Counted from the first letter of the stretch, positions 8,048 through 17,364 are shown. The stretch is 32,000 bases of DNA from Pacificibacter maritimus (GCF_003814915.1 NZ_RKQK01000001.1:418031-450030); one strand, 5' to 3'. Notes: generated by a model from the letters alone, not told the origin. Made by a program: numbers and translations.

Positions 8048-8461
8048 ATGGCTGCTCAAAACGGAAAAGACCTACTTATCAAACTCGACATGACTGGCGC
8101 TGGTCAGTTCGAAACTATTGCTGGTCTTCGGGCCACGCGGATTTCATTCAACACAGAAAGTGTCGATGTGACATCACTGGAAAGTTCCGGTGGTTGGCGC
8201 GAACTTTTAGGGGGAGCAGGTGTAAAATCTGCCTCCATTTCAGGATCAGGAGTCTTCAAAGACCAAAACACGGATGAACGTGCACGTCAGATTTTCTTTG
8301 ATGCAGAGGTGCCGAATTTTCAAGTGATTATCCCTGATTTCGGCGTGGTTGAAGGCCCGTTTCAACTGACATCAATCGAATATGCGGGGTCTCACAATGG
8401 CGAGGCCACATATGAGCTGTCGATGGCCTCTGCGGGCGCTTTGACCTTTACGGCGGATTAA
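8048..8461 (+). CDS. g9: GTA g9, major tail (tube) protein
   Basis: 137 aa with AAAGGGG upstream of the ATG. GKDLLIKLD...FETIAGLR...S resembles TP901-1-type major tail proteins. The position matches g9. Confidence 0.85.
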   Translation: MAAQNGKDLLIKLDMTGAGQFETIAGLRATRISFNTESVDVTSLESSGGWRELLGGAGVKSASISGSGVFKDQNTDERARQIFFDAEVPNFQVIIPDFGVVEGPFQLTSIEYAGSHNGEATYELSMASAGALTFTAD

Positions 8462-8464
8462 GCA

Positions 8465-8779
8465 ATGGCAAACCCCTTCGCAGGTGAGGTTGCACTCACA
8501 CTTGATGGCACACGCTATGTCTTAAAGCTCACTTTAGGTGCTTTGGCTGAGCTTGAGGCAGGTCTGGAAACCGACACATTGGTGGCTTTGGTTGAACGCT
8601 ATGAAGCAGGCAATTTTTCCACAGCAGATGTCTTGCGTTTGGTCGTGGCTGGCCTGCGGGGGGGCGGCTGGACGGGTGGCTACGATGACATCCTTAAGGC
8701 CGATATTGCAGGCGGACCATTGGAAGCTGCACGGGTGGGGGCTGCGCTGATCGCGCGGGCTTTCACTGTGCCAGGATAG
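8465..8779 (+). CDS. g10: GTA g10, tail assembly chaperone-like protein
   Basis: 104 aa, starting 4 nt after g9. NPFAGEVALTLDGTRYVLKLTLGALAELE is typical of the GTA family protein that follows the tube gene. Confidence 0.75.
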   Translation: MANPFAGEVALTLDGTRYVLKLTLGALAELEAGLETDTLVALVERYEAGNFSTADVLRLVVAGLRGGGWTGGYDDILKADIAGGPLEAARVGAALIARAFTVPG

Positions 8780-8786
8780 GTTGCCT

Positions 8787-9023
8787 ATGTCGCTCATTTC
8801 CAACGGTGGTTTCGATTGGCCCGCTTTGATGCGGGCAGGGATGAACGGTTTGCGCCTAAAGCCAAATGAATTTTGGGCGCTGACCCCAGCCGAGCTTTTA
8901 TTGATGCTTGGCGCAGGATCAGGATCTGCACCGCTTAGCCGGTCGCGACTTGATGAATTGGCACAGGCCTACCCAGATACAGTCTCGGGCAGTGCTACGG
9001 CGAAAGGGCAAGAAAATGGCTGA
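8787..9023 (+). CDS. g10.1: GTA g10.1, small tail-assembly protein
   Basis: 78 aa from ATG 8787 (TTG 8781 is also possible). FDWPALMRAGMNGLRLKPNEFWALTPAELLLML matches the rcc01693-like family as I remember it. Confidence 0.7.
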   Translation: MSLISNGGFDWPALMRAGMNGLRLKPNEFWALTPAELLLMLGAGSGSAPLSRSRLDELAQAYPDTVSGSATAKGQENG

Positions 9024-9678
9024 TATTAATGGTCTCGATAAATTTGATGACAAGCTGTCTCAGATGGAAGATGCAATCGGCGGCGCTGAAGCAATGGCAG
9101 CGGCGTTCAATCAAGAAATGGTGCGCCTGCAAGCGACTGTGGCGGAAACTCAGCGCGAGGTTGCCGTGTTGGAACGCGGCATTTCTCGGGGGTTGAAACG
9201 CGCCATAGACGGTTTGGTTTTTGATGGCGATACATTGGCTGAAGCCATGCGCGGTGTCGGTAAGTCCATGCTGGATGCCGCGTATAACGCAGCCGTAAAA
9301 CCCGTGACAAACCATGTCGGGTCTGTGCTTGGAAACGGCTTGGAATCCATCATTCAAGGTCTCTTGCCATTCGAAAACGGGGGCAGTTTTTCCCAAGGGC
9401 GCGTCACGCCTTTTGCCTCTGGCGGTGTGGTGTCAAACCCGACCTATTTCCCCATGCGTGGCGGCACAGGTTTGATGGGCGAAGCAGGGCCTGAAGCGAT
9501 AATGCCCCTGTCACGCGGTGCCAATGGCAAGTTGGGTGTGCGCGCTGAAGGGGGTGCCAAAAATATCAATGTGACGATGAATATATCGACGCCAGATGTT
9601 GAAGGTTTCCGCAGATCCAATTCGCAAATCGCCGCTCAATTGAACCGCGCCATTGGGCGTGGGCAGCGCAACCAATAG
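9016..9678 (+). CDS. g11: GTA g11, short tail tape measure protein
   Basis: 220 aa from ATG 9016, overlapping the g10.1 stop by 8 nt. It has a coiled N-terminus and a Gly-rich C-terminus (FASGGVVSNPTYFPMRGGTGLMGEAGPEAIMPL) typical of TMPs. The short length fits the short GTA tail. Confidence 0.85.
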   Translation: MADINGLDKFDDKLSQMEDAIGGAEAMAAAFNQEMVRLQATVAETQREVAVLERGISRGLKRAIDGLVFDGDTLAEAMRGVGKSMLDAAYNAAVKPVTNHVGSVLGNGLESIIQGLLPFENGGSFSQGRVTPFASGGVVSNPTYFPMRGGTGLMGEAGPEAIMPLSRGANGKLGVRAEGGAKNINVTMNISTPDVEGFRRSNSQIAAQLNRAIGRGQRNQ

Positions 9679-9742
9679 CGCAATTCATTTCATAATTTCA
9701 GGCCTTTTGCGCCTTTTAAGCCATCCGATAAAGGGGGAAAAC

Positions 9743-10375
9743 ATGGGTTTTCATAATGTAAGATTTCCAGCCAACCTAAGCTTTGGTTCCGTGGGTGGCC
9801 CTGAACGGCGCACCGAAGTTGTGACTTTGGCGAACGGTTTCGAGGAGCGCAACACGCCTTGGGCGCACTCGCGCAGGCGTTATGATGCAGGACTTGGCAT
9901 GCGGTCTTTGGACGACATCGAGGCGCTCATTGCATTTTTCGAGGCACGTCAGGGGCAGCTTTATGGGTTTCGCTGGAAAGATTGGTCGGATTTCAAATCA
10001 TCGAAAGCGTCAAAATCAGTCAATTTTGAAGATCAAACCATTGCCTATGGGGATGGTGAAACCTCAGTTTTTGCTTTGAACAAAAGCTATAGCTCTGGCG
10101 AGATTACCTATGTGCGCCCTATCACAAAGCCTGTTTTGGGTACTGTGAATATCGGCTTGCAAGGTGTTGAATTACAAGAATCTATTGATTGGACAGTGGA
10201 CACAGCAACAGGGTTGGTCACGTTTTCCGTCCCCCCCGAAGAAGGAATTTTAATCTCGGCAGGCTTCGAATTTGACGTGCCTGTCCGCTTTGACACCGAC
10301 CGTATCGCCACCTCTGTTTCATCGTTTCAAGCGGGCGAAGTGCCGAATGTGCCTATTGTCGAGGTGCGCGTGTGA
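9743..10375 (+). CDS. g12: GTA g12, distal tail protein (DUF2460 family)
   Basis: 210 aa from ATG 9743, with AAGGGGGA upstream. MGFHNVRFPANLSFGSVGGPERRTEVV is the typical N-terminus of this family. Confidence 0.85.
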   Translation: MGFHNVRFPANLSFGSVGGPERRTEVVTLANGFEERNTPWAHSRRRYDAGLGMRSLDDIEALIAFFEARQGQLYGFRWKDWSDFKSSKASKSVNFEDQTIAYGDGETSVFALNKSYSSGEITYVRPITKPVLGTVNIGLQGVELQESIDWTVDTATGLVTFSVPPEEGILISAGFEFDVPVRFDTDRIATSVSSFQAGEVPNVPIVEVRV

Positions 10376-11280
10376 TGGCCGATTATGCATTGAAAAACCA
10401 CTTAGAAACTGGCGCAACCACGGTTTGTCGTTGTTGGGCCGTGATCCGAAAAGATGGCGAAACCTACGGGTTTACCGATCATGATACAGACCTTGAATTC
10501 GAAGGCATGGTCTTTGGTGCGGATTCAGGTTTGACCGCAAATGCGCTAGAGCAATCCACTGGCCTGTCCGTTGACAACACGGAAGCGCTTGGGGCTTTGT
10601 CATCTGCTGCTGTCACAGAAACGGATATCCAAGCAGGTCGTTTTGACGGCGCTGCGGTAAAATCATGGTTGGTGAACTGGGCAAATGTTTCTGAACGTGT
10701 TGTGCAATTCAACGGCACCTTTGGTGAAATAACCCGATCTGCAGGTGGGTTTCGGGCTGAACTGCGCGGGCTTACTGAGGCGTTAAATCAACCGCAAGGG
10801 CGGGTCTATCAGTCAGGCTGTGGTTCTGTTCTGGGCGATGCACGCTGTAAGTTCGATGTGAATGACCTCGGCTATCACACTGAAATCATAGTTGAAAAGG
10901 TTGAGGACGGAAAGTTTTTCGACTTTGCATCCTTAGAGGGATTTGATGACCGTTGGTTCGAAAACGGCCGTCTTATTGTGCAATCTGGCGCGGCTGAGGG
11001 CCTGTTTGGCATGATCAAAAATGATCGGCTGACCTCTCAGGGACGCAGAATTGAACTGTGGGAAGATCTTCGTGGCAAGATCGCTCAAGGGGATCAAATA
11101 CGGCTTGAGGCAGGGTGTGACAAGCGCGCTGAGACCTGCCGCTTGAAATTTGATAACTTCCTAAATTTTAGCGGCTTTCCACATATTCCGGGTGAAGATT
11201 GGCTGACCTCATACCCTGTCTCAAACGGCCAAAATAATGGCGCAAGCCTATATGGCAATACGTCAGGTGGGTCAGAATAA
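10375..11280 (+). CDS. g13: GTA g13, baseplate hub protein (DUF2163 family)
   Basis: About 301 aa. TGATG overlap with g12 (GTG 10372 is an alternative start). TTVCRCWAVIRKDGETYGFTDHD and CDKRAETCRLKFDNFLNFSGFPHIPG are typical of the family. Confidence 0.85.
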   Translation: MADYALKNHLETGATTVCRCWAVIRKDGETYGFTDHDTDLEFEGMVFGADSGLTANALEQSTGLSVDNTEALGALSSAAVTETDIQAGRFDGAAVKSWLVNWANVSERVVQFNGTFGEITRSAGGFRAELRGLTEALNQPQGRVYQSGCGSVLGDARCKFDVNDLGYHTEIIVEKVEDGKFFDFASLEGFDDRWFENGRLIVQSGAAEGLFGMIKNDRLTSQGRRIELWEDLRGKIAQGDQIRLEAGCDKRAETCRLKFDNFLNFSGFPHIPGEDWLTSYPVSNGQNNGASLYGNTSGGSE

Positions 11281-11720
11281 TGCAAGCTGAAACAATTGTA
11301 TCCGCCACTCGCGAATGGATTGGCACCCCATATGTGCATCAAGCGTCTTGCAAAGGGGCTGGCACCGATTGCTTGGGTCTCCTGCGCGGCGTTTGGCGTG
11401 AGCTTTACGGCCAAGAGCCTGAACTCGTTCCCGCCTATACCCAAGATTGGTCAGAGCCACAGCGCGATGAACGACTGCTCCACGCCGCACAGCGCCATTT
11501 GGTGCAAAAACCGTTGGAGCAAATGCAAGGCGGTGATGTTTTGCTGTTTCGCATGCGCAGTAAAAGCGTGGCCAAGCATGTTGGAATCGTGGCGACAGCG
11601 GGTGCCGCACCGACATTTATCCATGCTTACAGCGGGCATAGCGTGGTTGAGAATGCGCTGACAGCGCCGTGGCGTCGCCGTGTGGCGGCCTGTTTTTCAT
11701 TCCCTCAGAACGGAGGCTAA
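11280..11720 (+). CDS. g14: GTA g14, NlpC/P60-family cell wall peptidase
   Basis: 146 aa. TAATG overlap with g13. GTPYVHQASCKGAGTDCLGLLRGVW contains the catalytic Cys context, and a downstream H (AKHVGIV) fits the catalytic His. Confidence 0.85.
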   Translation: MQAETIVSATREWIGTPYVHQASCKGAGTDCLGLLRGVWRELYGQEPELVPAYTQDWSEPQRDERLLHAAQRHLVQKPLEQMQGGDVLLFRMRSKSVAKHVGIVATAGAAPTFIHAYSGHSVVENALTAPWRRRVAACFSFPQNGG

Positions 11721-11723
11721 GTC

Positions 11724-14700
11724 ATGGCAACTATTGTACTTTCCGCAGTGGGTGCCGCCGCAGGTGCATCAATCGGTGGTGGCGTATTCGGATTATCATC
11801 CGTCGTGATCGGTCGCGCAATTGGCGCGACTATCGGGCGTGCTATTGATCAACGTGTCATGGGTGTCGGCAGTCAAGTCGTTGAAACCGGAAAAGTGGAT
11901 CGGTTTCGCCTAACAGGGGCGTCAGAAGGCACTGCGATTGCGCAGGTCTACGGACGCATGCGTGTTGGTGGCCAAGTGATCTGGGCCACGCAGTTTCAAG
12001 AACAATCGACCACCTCTGGCGGAGGCAAGGGCGGGGCGCAGCAGCCTAAAGTTACAGAATATAGCTATTCGATTTCGCTCGCGATTGCTCTTTGCGAAGG
12101 TGAAATTTCACGCATCGGTCGCATTTGGGCAGATGGGATCGAAATTGAACCAACGGATCTGACGATGGAGGTCTACACAGGCAGCGAAGATCAGATGCCA
12201 GACCCCAAAATGGAAACCGTTGAGGGGGCAGGCAATGTGCCAGCGTACCGCGGGCTGGCCTATGTGGTTTTACAAGATCTGAACCTTGCGCGCTTTGGCA
12301 ATCGTGTGCCGCAGTTCACCTTTGAAGTGATGCGCCCAGATCAAGCTGAGGGCCCCAAAAGCGATCTCACACATCTTGTAAATGCCGTTGCTATGATCCC
12401 TGGCACGGGGGAATATGCATTGGCGACCTCACCTGTCTACTTACAAAGTGGGCTAGGCGAAACTGTGGCTGTCAATGTGAATTCGCGGTCGGGTAAAACC
12501 GATTTTGACAGTTCCGTTGACGCTCTCAAAGACGAGTTGCCCAATTGTGGATCAACGTCATTGGTTGTGTCTTGGTTCGGTGACGATCTACGCGTTGGCA
12601 ATTGCAGCTTGTTGCCAAAAGTGGAGCAGGCCGCGTCAGATGCGGCTGACATGCCGTGGACAGTTGCTGGATTTACACGCTCTACTGCGGCATTGGTTCC
12701 GCGTGATGGTGATGACCGTGTTGTTTACGGCGGCACACCGTCTGACCAATCTGTCATAGAAGCGATCACAGCCTTGCAAAACGCAGGGCAGGACGTGATG
12801 TTTTATCCGTTTATCCTTATGGATCAACAAAATGGCAACGGGCTGACAGACCCTTGGACGGGCGCATCAGACCAACCTGCCTTGCCTTGGCGTGGGCGCA
12901 TTACGACCTCTATGGCTCCTGGCCAAACGGGGTCGACGGATGGCACGAGCGCTGCAGATGCAGAGGTCGCAAACTTCATTGGTACAGCGCAAATCAGCGA
13001 TTTTGCCATTGTCGATGGCGCGGTTCAGTATTCTGGTCCAAATGAAGCCTCTTACCGTCGCATGATTTTACATTACGCGCATCTTTGTGTTGCCGCAGGC
13101 GGGGTCGAAGCCTTTTGCATCGGCTCTGAAATGCGCAGTTTAACCCGTATTCGCGGGGCCAATGGGTTTCCTGCTGTTGATGCTTTGGTGCAATTGGCCG
13201 CTGATGTGCGCGCCATTGTCGGACCTGAATGCAAGGTCAGCTATGCCGCGGACTGGTCTGAATATTCTGGCTATTCCATTGATGGCAATCTGTATTATCC
13301 GCTTGATACACTTTGGGCGGATGACAATATCGATTTCATTGGGATCGACAATTACATGCCTTTGTCAGATTGGCGTGATGAAGATGGCCATGCGGATGAA
13401 GCCTATGGGTCGATCTACAATCTCGATTACCTAAAAGACAATATCGAGGGCGGCGAAGGCTATGATTGGTATTATGCCTTTGACGAGCACGCAGACGCGC
13501 AGATCCGCACGCCTATCCAAGACGGTGCTTACGGCGAAGATTGGGTCTGGCGCTACAAAGATTTACGTGGCTGGTGGGAAAATGATCACCACGAGCGCTT
13601 GAATGGCGTGCGGGTAGAAGCGCCGACATCGTGGGAACCCAAATCAAAACCGATCTGGTTCACAGAAATCGGCTGTGCTGCGATTGATAAAGGCACCAAT
13701 CAGCCCAATAAATTCATCGACATCAAATCGTCTGAAAGCTCACTGCCGAAATATTCGAACGGACGGCGGGATGATTTCATTCAGCTGCAATATGTGCGGG
13801 CTTTGACGGAATACTGGGCGCAAAGCGATGTGAATCCTGTATCAGACATCTATGGCGCACAGATGATTGATATGAGCCGTGCCCATGTTTGGGCATGGGA
13901 TGGCAGACCTTTTCCAGCCTTCCCAACGGTGACATCTTTGTGGAGTGACGGCGGTAATTACACCAAAGGGCATTGGCTTAACGGGCGGTCTACCGCGCGG
14001 TCATTGGGCGATGTTGTGGCCGAAATTTGTACACGATCTGGCGTGAAAGACTTCAATACCAAAGAACTTTACGGCTTGGTACGTGGCTATACAGTTGGTG
14101 AAATTTCTGGCGCACGTTCTGCACTTCAACCTCTCATGCTGGCCTTTGGGTTTGAAGCGATCGAACGCGACGGGATTTTGACGTTTAGGTCTCGTGATGG
14201 CAAATCCAAAGCTATGGTTTCGTCAGAGCAACTGGCCCTGACTGCGGATCAAGAGTCCGCAGTGCAACTGACACGCGCCCCCGAAGCTGAAGTCGCCGGA
14301 AAAGTGCGCTTGAGCTTCGTTGATGCGGATGCCGACTATGGCATGCGGGCCGAAGAAGCCGTGTTTGCAGACGAAGAAAGCCGTCTTGTGTCGCAATCTG
14401 AACTGCCTTTAGCACTCACACGCGCTGAAGGCCGCCAGATCGTTGAGCGCTGGTTGGCCGAGGCGCGTATCGCACGCGATACAGCACGTTTTTCCTTTGC
14501 GCCGTCTGATTTTGAATTGGGCGCGGGGGATGTAATTTCTCTCGAAGACAAGGATGGTAAATCTTTGTACCGCATTGATCACGCCACATTGGGCGATGTG
14601 CGTGAAGTCGAAGCGGTGCGCGTAGAACCAGAGACCTATGAACCCTCTGAAACCGTTGACGAATTGTTCGAAGCGCAGCCCTTTTATGCACCTGTACCTG

Positions 14701-15626
14701 TCTTGGCGCAGTTTCTGGATTTGCCTTTGCTCTCTGGCGAAGAAACACCCCATGCACCTTATGTGGCAGCCACTGCAACAACATGGCCCGGCTCGGTTGC
14801 GGTCTACGGGTCCAGCTCTGACAGCGGCTATCAGTTGAATAAATTGTTGCCAAGCTGGGCGACCATTGGCGTGACGCAAAACACCTTGGTGGCAGCTGAA
14901 CCTGCGCTTTGGGATCGTGGTGCGGCGCTGCGGGTGAAACTTGTCCGCGGCACCTTGAGTGGTGCGGATGAACAGGCAGTTTTGAACGGTGTCAACATTG
15001 CGGCAATCGGGGATGGATCGTCTTCCAATTGGGAAGTGTTCCAATTCGCCAAAGCAGAACTTGTGGGACCAAACACCTATGAGGTGTCAATGCGGCTGCG
15101 CGGGCAGGCGGGCACCGATGGGCTTAGCGCCACTTGGCCGATTGGATCGCGGTTCGTCCTAGTCAATGAAACCCTGCGTCAAATTGATCTTGCGCAATCT
15201 GCACGGGGCTTGGCGCGTCACTACCGTATTGGCCCTTCGCAGCGCCCCAATGATGACCCCAGCTATCAGCACTTTGTTGAGGCCTTCGACGGTATCGGCC
15301 TGCGCCCCTATGCGCCTGCGCATCTGCGCGCGGCTGCAAACGGATCAGGCGATACAAGTTTTACTTGGCTGCGCCGCAGTCGGATTGATGCGGATAGTTG
15401 GCAGTCGGTCGATGTGCCTTTGGGCGAAACCGTGGAAAGCTATGTGGTGCAGGTTATCCAAAGCGGGTCGGTGCTGCGCGAAGACTATGTGGCCACCCCA
15501 AGCTGGACATATACGGCGTCTCAGAAAACTGCGGATGGGCTGACAGGTCCGTATTCCGTTCAAATTGCCCAGATTTCCGAAAGTTTCGGACCGGGCCTTT
15601 ACAAAAGGATTGATCTCAATGAGTGA
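11724..15626 (+). CDS. g15: GTA g15, megatron/host-specificity baseplate protein
   Basis: 1300 aa with GGAGG upstream. It has an N-terminal TM/Gly-rich segment and a central TIM-barrel-like glycoside-hydrolase region (FCIGSEMRSLT...GIDNYMPLSDWR...WFTEIGC). Size and position match RcGTA g15. Confidence 0.9.
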   Translation: MATIVLSAVGAAAGASIGGGVFGLSSVVIGRAIGATIGRAIDQRVMGVGSQVVETGKVDRFRLTGASEGTAIAQVYGRMRVGGQVIWATQFQEQSTTSGGGKGGAQQPKVTEYSYSISLAIALCEGEISRIGRIWADGIEIEPTDLTMEVYTGSEDQMPDPKMETVEGAGNVPAYRGLAYVVLQDLNLARFGNRVPQFTFEVMRPDQAEGPKSDLTHLVNAVAMIPGTGEYALATSPVYLQSGLGETVAVNVNSRSGKTDFDSSVDALKDELPNCGSTSLVVSWFGDDLRVGNCSLLPKVEQAASDAADMPWTVAGFTRSTAALVPRDGDDRVVYGGTPSDQSVIEAITALQNAGQDVMFYPFILMDQQNGNGLTDPWTGASDQPALPWRGRITTSMAPGQTGSTDGTSAADAEVANFIGTAQISDFAIVDGAVQYSGPNEASYRRMILHYAHLCVAAGGVEAFCIGSEMRSLTRIRGANGFPAVDALVQLAADVRAIVGPECKVSYAADWSEYSGYSIDGNLYYPLDTLWADDNIDFIGIDNYMPLSDWRDEDGHADEAYGSIYNLDYLKDNIEGGEGYDWYYAFDEHADAQIRTPIQDGAYGEDWVWRYKDLRGWWENDHHERLNGVRVEAPTSWEPKSKPIWFTEIGCAAIDKGTNQPNKFIDIKSSESSLPKYSNGRRDDFIQLQYVRALTEYWAQSDVNPVSDIYGAQMIDMSRAHVWAWDGRPFPAFPTVTSLWSDGGNYTKGHWLNGRSTARSLGDVVAEICTRSGVKDFNTKELYGLVRGYTVGEISGARSALQPLMLAFGFEAIERDGILTFRSRDGKSKAMVSSEQLALTADQESAVQLTRAPEAEVAGKVRLSFVDADADYGMRAEEAVFADEESRLVSQSELPLALTRAEGRQIVERWLAEARIARDTARFSFAPSDFELGAGDVISLEDKDGKSLYRIDHATLGDVREVEAVRVEPETYEPSETVDELFEAQPFYAPVPVLAQFLDLPLLSGEETPHAPYVAATATTWPGSVAVYGSSSDSGYQLNKLLPSWATIGVTQNTLVAAEPALWDRGAALRVKLVRGTLSGADEQAVLNGVNIAAIGDGSSSNWEVFQFAKAELVGPNTYEVSMRLRGQAGTDGLSATWPIGSRFVLVNETLRQIDLAQSARGLARHYRIGPSQRPNDDPSYQHFVEAFDGIGLRPYAPAHLRAAANGSGDTSFTWLRRSRIDADSWQSVDVPLGETVESYVVQVIQSGSVLREDYVATPSWTYTASQKTADGLTGPYSVQIAQISESFGPGLYKRIDLNE

Positions 15627-16329
15627 TACAACCCGTTTTTCACTGCCCCTTTTGCAGGCCGCACAGGCGCAAAAACATGTGACAATGAACGAAGCTCTGA
15701 CCCGTGTCGATGGGCTGTTGCAACTGACTTTAAAGTCCATCACAGGCAACACGCCGCCCCTTGCTCCGCAAGATGGTGATGCTTACGGCATCGGCCCTGC
15801 GGCCGTGAATGATTGGTCGGGGCAAGAGGGAAATATCGCACTCTTCGCCAATGGAGGCTGGGTTTTCATTGCGCCAAGTCTCGGCATGCGCGCCTATATC
15901 GCTGACCAATCTGGCTTTGCCACATATGATGGCGCGGGCTGGATTTTAGGGGCTCAATCCTTATCCGCCAATGGCGCTGGCATGCAGTTTATGGTGCGCG
16001 AAATAGATCACACCATCACTGCGGGATCTGTGTCAAATGTAGGTTTCGCCATACCCGGTCAAGCGGTGGTCTACGGTGTGACGGGGCGGGTCATTTCCGA
16101 GATCACAGGCAGTTTGTCGGGCTATTCTGTTGGTGTTTCCAGCTCATCCAACCGATATGGATCGGGCTTGTCCTTGGCCAACGGCAGTTGGATGCGCGGC
16201 CTCACAGGTACGCCTTTGACCTATTATTCGGACGAGGATCTCGTTTTAACGGCTGAAGGTGGCGATTTTACAGCAGGTGAAATTCGTTTGGCAATTCACT
16301 ATGCGCAATTCTCGCTGCCGCGCGCCTAA
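15619..16329 (+). CDS. DUF2793-family protein translationally coupled to g15 (candidate fibre/receptor-binding protein)
   Basis: 236 aa from ATG 15619, overlapping the g15 stop by 8 nt. MSDTTRFSLPLLQAAQAQKHVTMNEAL matches the DUF2793 N-terminal signature I remember (QAQKHVTHNEAL). The C-terminus is Gly/Ser-rich. Confidence 0.75.
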   Translation: MSDTTRFSLPLLQAAQAQKHVTMNEALTRVDGLLQLTLKSITGNTPPLAPQDGDAYGIGPAAVNDWSGQEGNIALFANGGWVFIAPSLGMRAYIADQSGFATYDGAGWILGAQSLSANGAGMQFMVREIDHTITAGSVSNVGFAIPGQAVVYGVTGRVISEITGSLSGYSVGVSSSSNRYGSGLSLANGSWMRGLTGTPLTYYSDEDLVLTAEGGDFTAGEIRLAIHYAQFSLPRA

Positions 16330-16352
16330 GCTGGCAAAAGATAAGAATTTCA

Positions 16353-16384
16353 AGCCCCTGTAGGTTCTCCTGCGGGGGCTTTTA
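16353..16384 (+). terminator. Rho-independent terminator ending the GTA operon
   Basis: AGCCCCTGTAGG (16353-16364) pairs with CCTGCGGGGGCT (16369-16380) around a TTCT loop, followed by TTT. Confidence 0.7.
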
Positions 16385-16484
16385 CGTTGCGATCATGCCG
16401 ATATGACTTATTGCACAGCACAATTACTTGTGCTTTGAACGCGAAGCCTATCTATGATAAGCTAAGTGAAAGAGGATCGGTCCT

Positions 16485-17297
16485 ATGGCAAAAATACGTG
16501 CAAAACTTTCTGAATTGGATCCCGTTTGGACCCAAATCATTGGCGAAGCCCATGACGCGGTGGATGCAGAACCTTTGCTGGGCGGACTTATTCACGGCTG
16601 TATTTTGCACCACAGCACGCTTGAGGATGCTTTGGCCTACCGTTTGGCGCAAAAACTGGCCTCTGCGGATATGTCAGAACAACTGCTGCGTGAATTGATT
16701 GATCAAGCCTATGCTGATGATCCTACTTTGGGGCAATCTGCGCGCGCTGATATTGTTGCGGTCTTTGATCGCGATCCTGCTTGCCACCGCTATATTCAGC
16801 CTTTGTTGTATTTCAAAGGGTTCCAAGCGATTCAATCCTACCGAATTGCCAATTGGTTGTGGCGTCAGGGCCGTAAAGATTTGGCTTATTTCGTGCAAAT
16901 GCGCGTCTCTGAACAATTTACGATCGATATTCACCCCGCCTGTAAGATCGGCCAAGGCCTGTTCTTGGATCACGCCCATGCGCTGGTCTTTGGTGAAACC
17001 TGTGTGATTGGCGATAACGTGTCTATCTTGCATTCTGTGACGCTTGGCGGCACTGGCAAAGAAGACGAAGATCGTCACCCCAAAATTGCGGATGGCGTTT
17101 TGATCGGGGCAGGCGCTAAGGTTTTGGGCAATATCAAAATCGGTCAATGCTCGCGTGTGGCCGCTGGATCTGTTGTGCTGAATGACGTGCCCAAATGCAC
17201 GACGGTTGCAGGCGTCCCTGCCAAGGTCGTGGGCGAGGCTGGATGTTCGCAGCCTTCCGTTTCTATGAATCAACTGATTGGCGCACGCGAAAAGTAG
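16485..17297 (+). CDS. cysE: Serine O-acetyltransferase
   Basis: 270 aa with an N-terminal SATase helical domain (DPACHRYIQPLLYFKGFQAIQSYRIANWLW) and a hexapeptide-repeat C-terminus (IHPACKIGQGLFLDHAHALVFGETCVIGDNVSILHSVTLGGTG). Confidence 0.93.
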   Translation: MAKIRAKLSELDPVWTQIIGEAHDAVDAEPLLGGLIHGCILHHSTLEDALAYRLAQKLASADMSEQLLRELIDQAYADDPTLGQSARADIVAVFDRDPACHRYIQPLLYFKGFQAIQSYRIANWLWRQGRKDLAYFVQMRVSEQFTIDIHPACKIGQGLFLDHAHALVFGETCVIGDNVSILHSVTLGGTGKEDEDRHPKIADGVLIGAGAKVLGNIKIGQCSRVAAGSVVLNDVPKCTTVAGVPAKVVGEAGCSQPSVSMNQLIGAREK

Positions 17298-17329
17298 CAT
17301 TCGCGTTTTATGTTGCGTTTAATACATTC

Positions 17330-17364
17330 CCCCGCATCTAGAACGCTAGATGCGGGGTTTTTTT
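17330..17364 (+). terminator. Rho-independent terminator of cysE
   Basis: Perfect 12-bp stem CCCCGCATCTAG / CTAGATGCGGGG with loop AACG, followed by TTTTTTT (17358-17364). Confidence 0.85.

Larger units (their letters stand above)
1273..16329 (+). mobile_element. RcGTA-type gene transfer agent structural (head-tail) cluster; a domesticated phage-derived element, not a prophage
   Basis: Eighteen co-directional, mostly overlapping ORFs follow the canonical RcGTA order g1-g15. The cluster is about 15 kb with a short 220-aa tape measure. There are no integrase, repressor, replication or lysis genes. cysE lies immediately downstream, as in Rhodobacter capsulatus. Confidence 0.9.

Noticed and set aside
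8751-8790. Programmed ribosomal frameshift joining g10 and g10.1 (as in phage tail chaperones G/GT)
   Set aside because: The g10.1 frame is +1 relative to g10 and is open for only about 10 codons upstream of its start. I see no slippery heptamer. g10.1 has its own ATG with an AGG upstream.
14409-15044. Long antisense ORFs opposite confident genes, such as 14409-15044 (-) in g15, 16674-17300 (-) in cysE, 17363-17971 (+) in pdhC, 22193-22909 (+) in fba, 23653-24360 (+) in pgk and 25864-26424 (+) in tyrS
   Set aside because: They lie entirely inside genes with clear family motifs on the other strand. Their translations are Arg/Ser/Pro/Cys-rich low-complexity sequence with no recognisable motifs or RBS. 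This is the typical mirror-frame artefact of GC-rich coding DNA.
1273-16329. Interpretation as an integrated prophage or prophage remnant
   Set aside because: The window contains no integrase, repressor, replication, holin/endolysin or att repeats. The cluster is only about 15 kb with the fixed RcGTA gene order and cysE downstream. A GTA is the better explanation.
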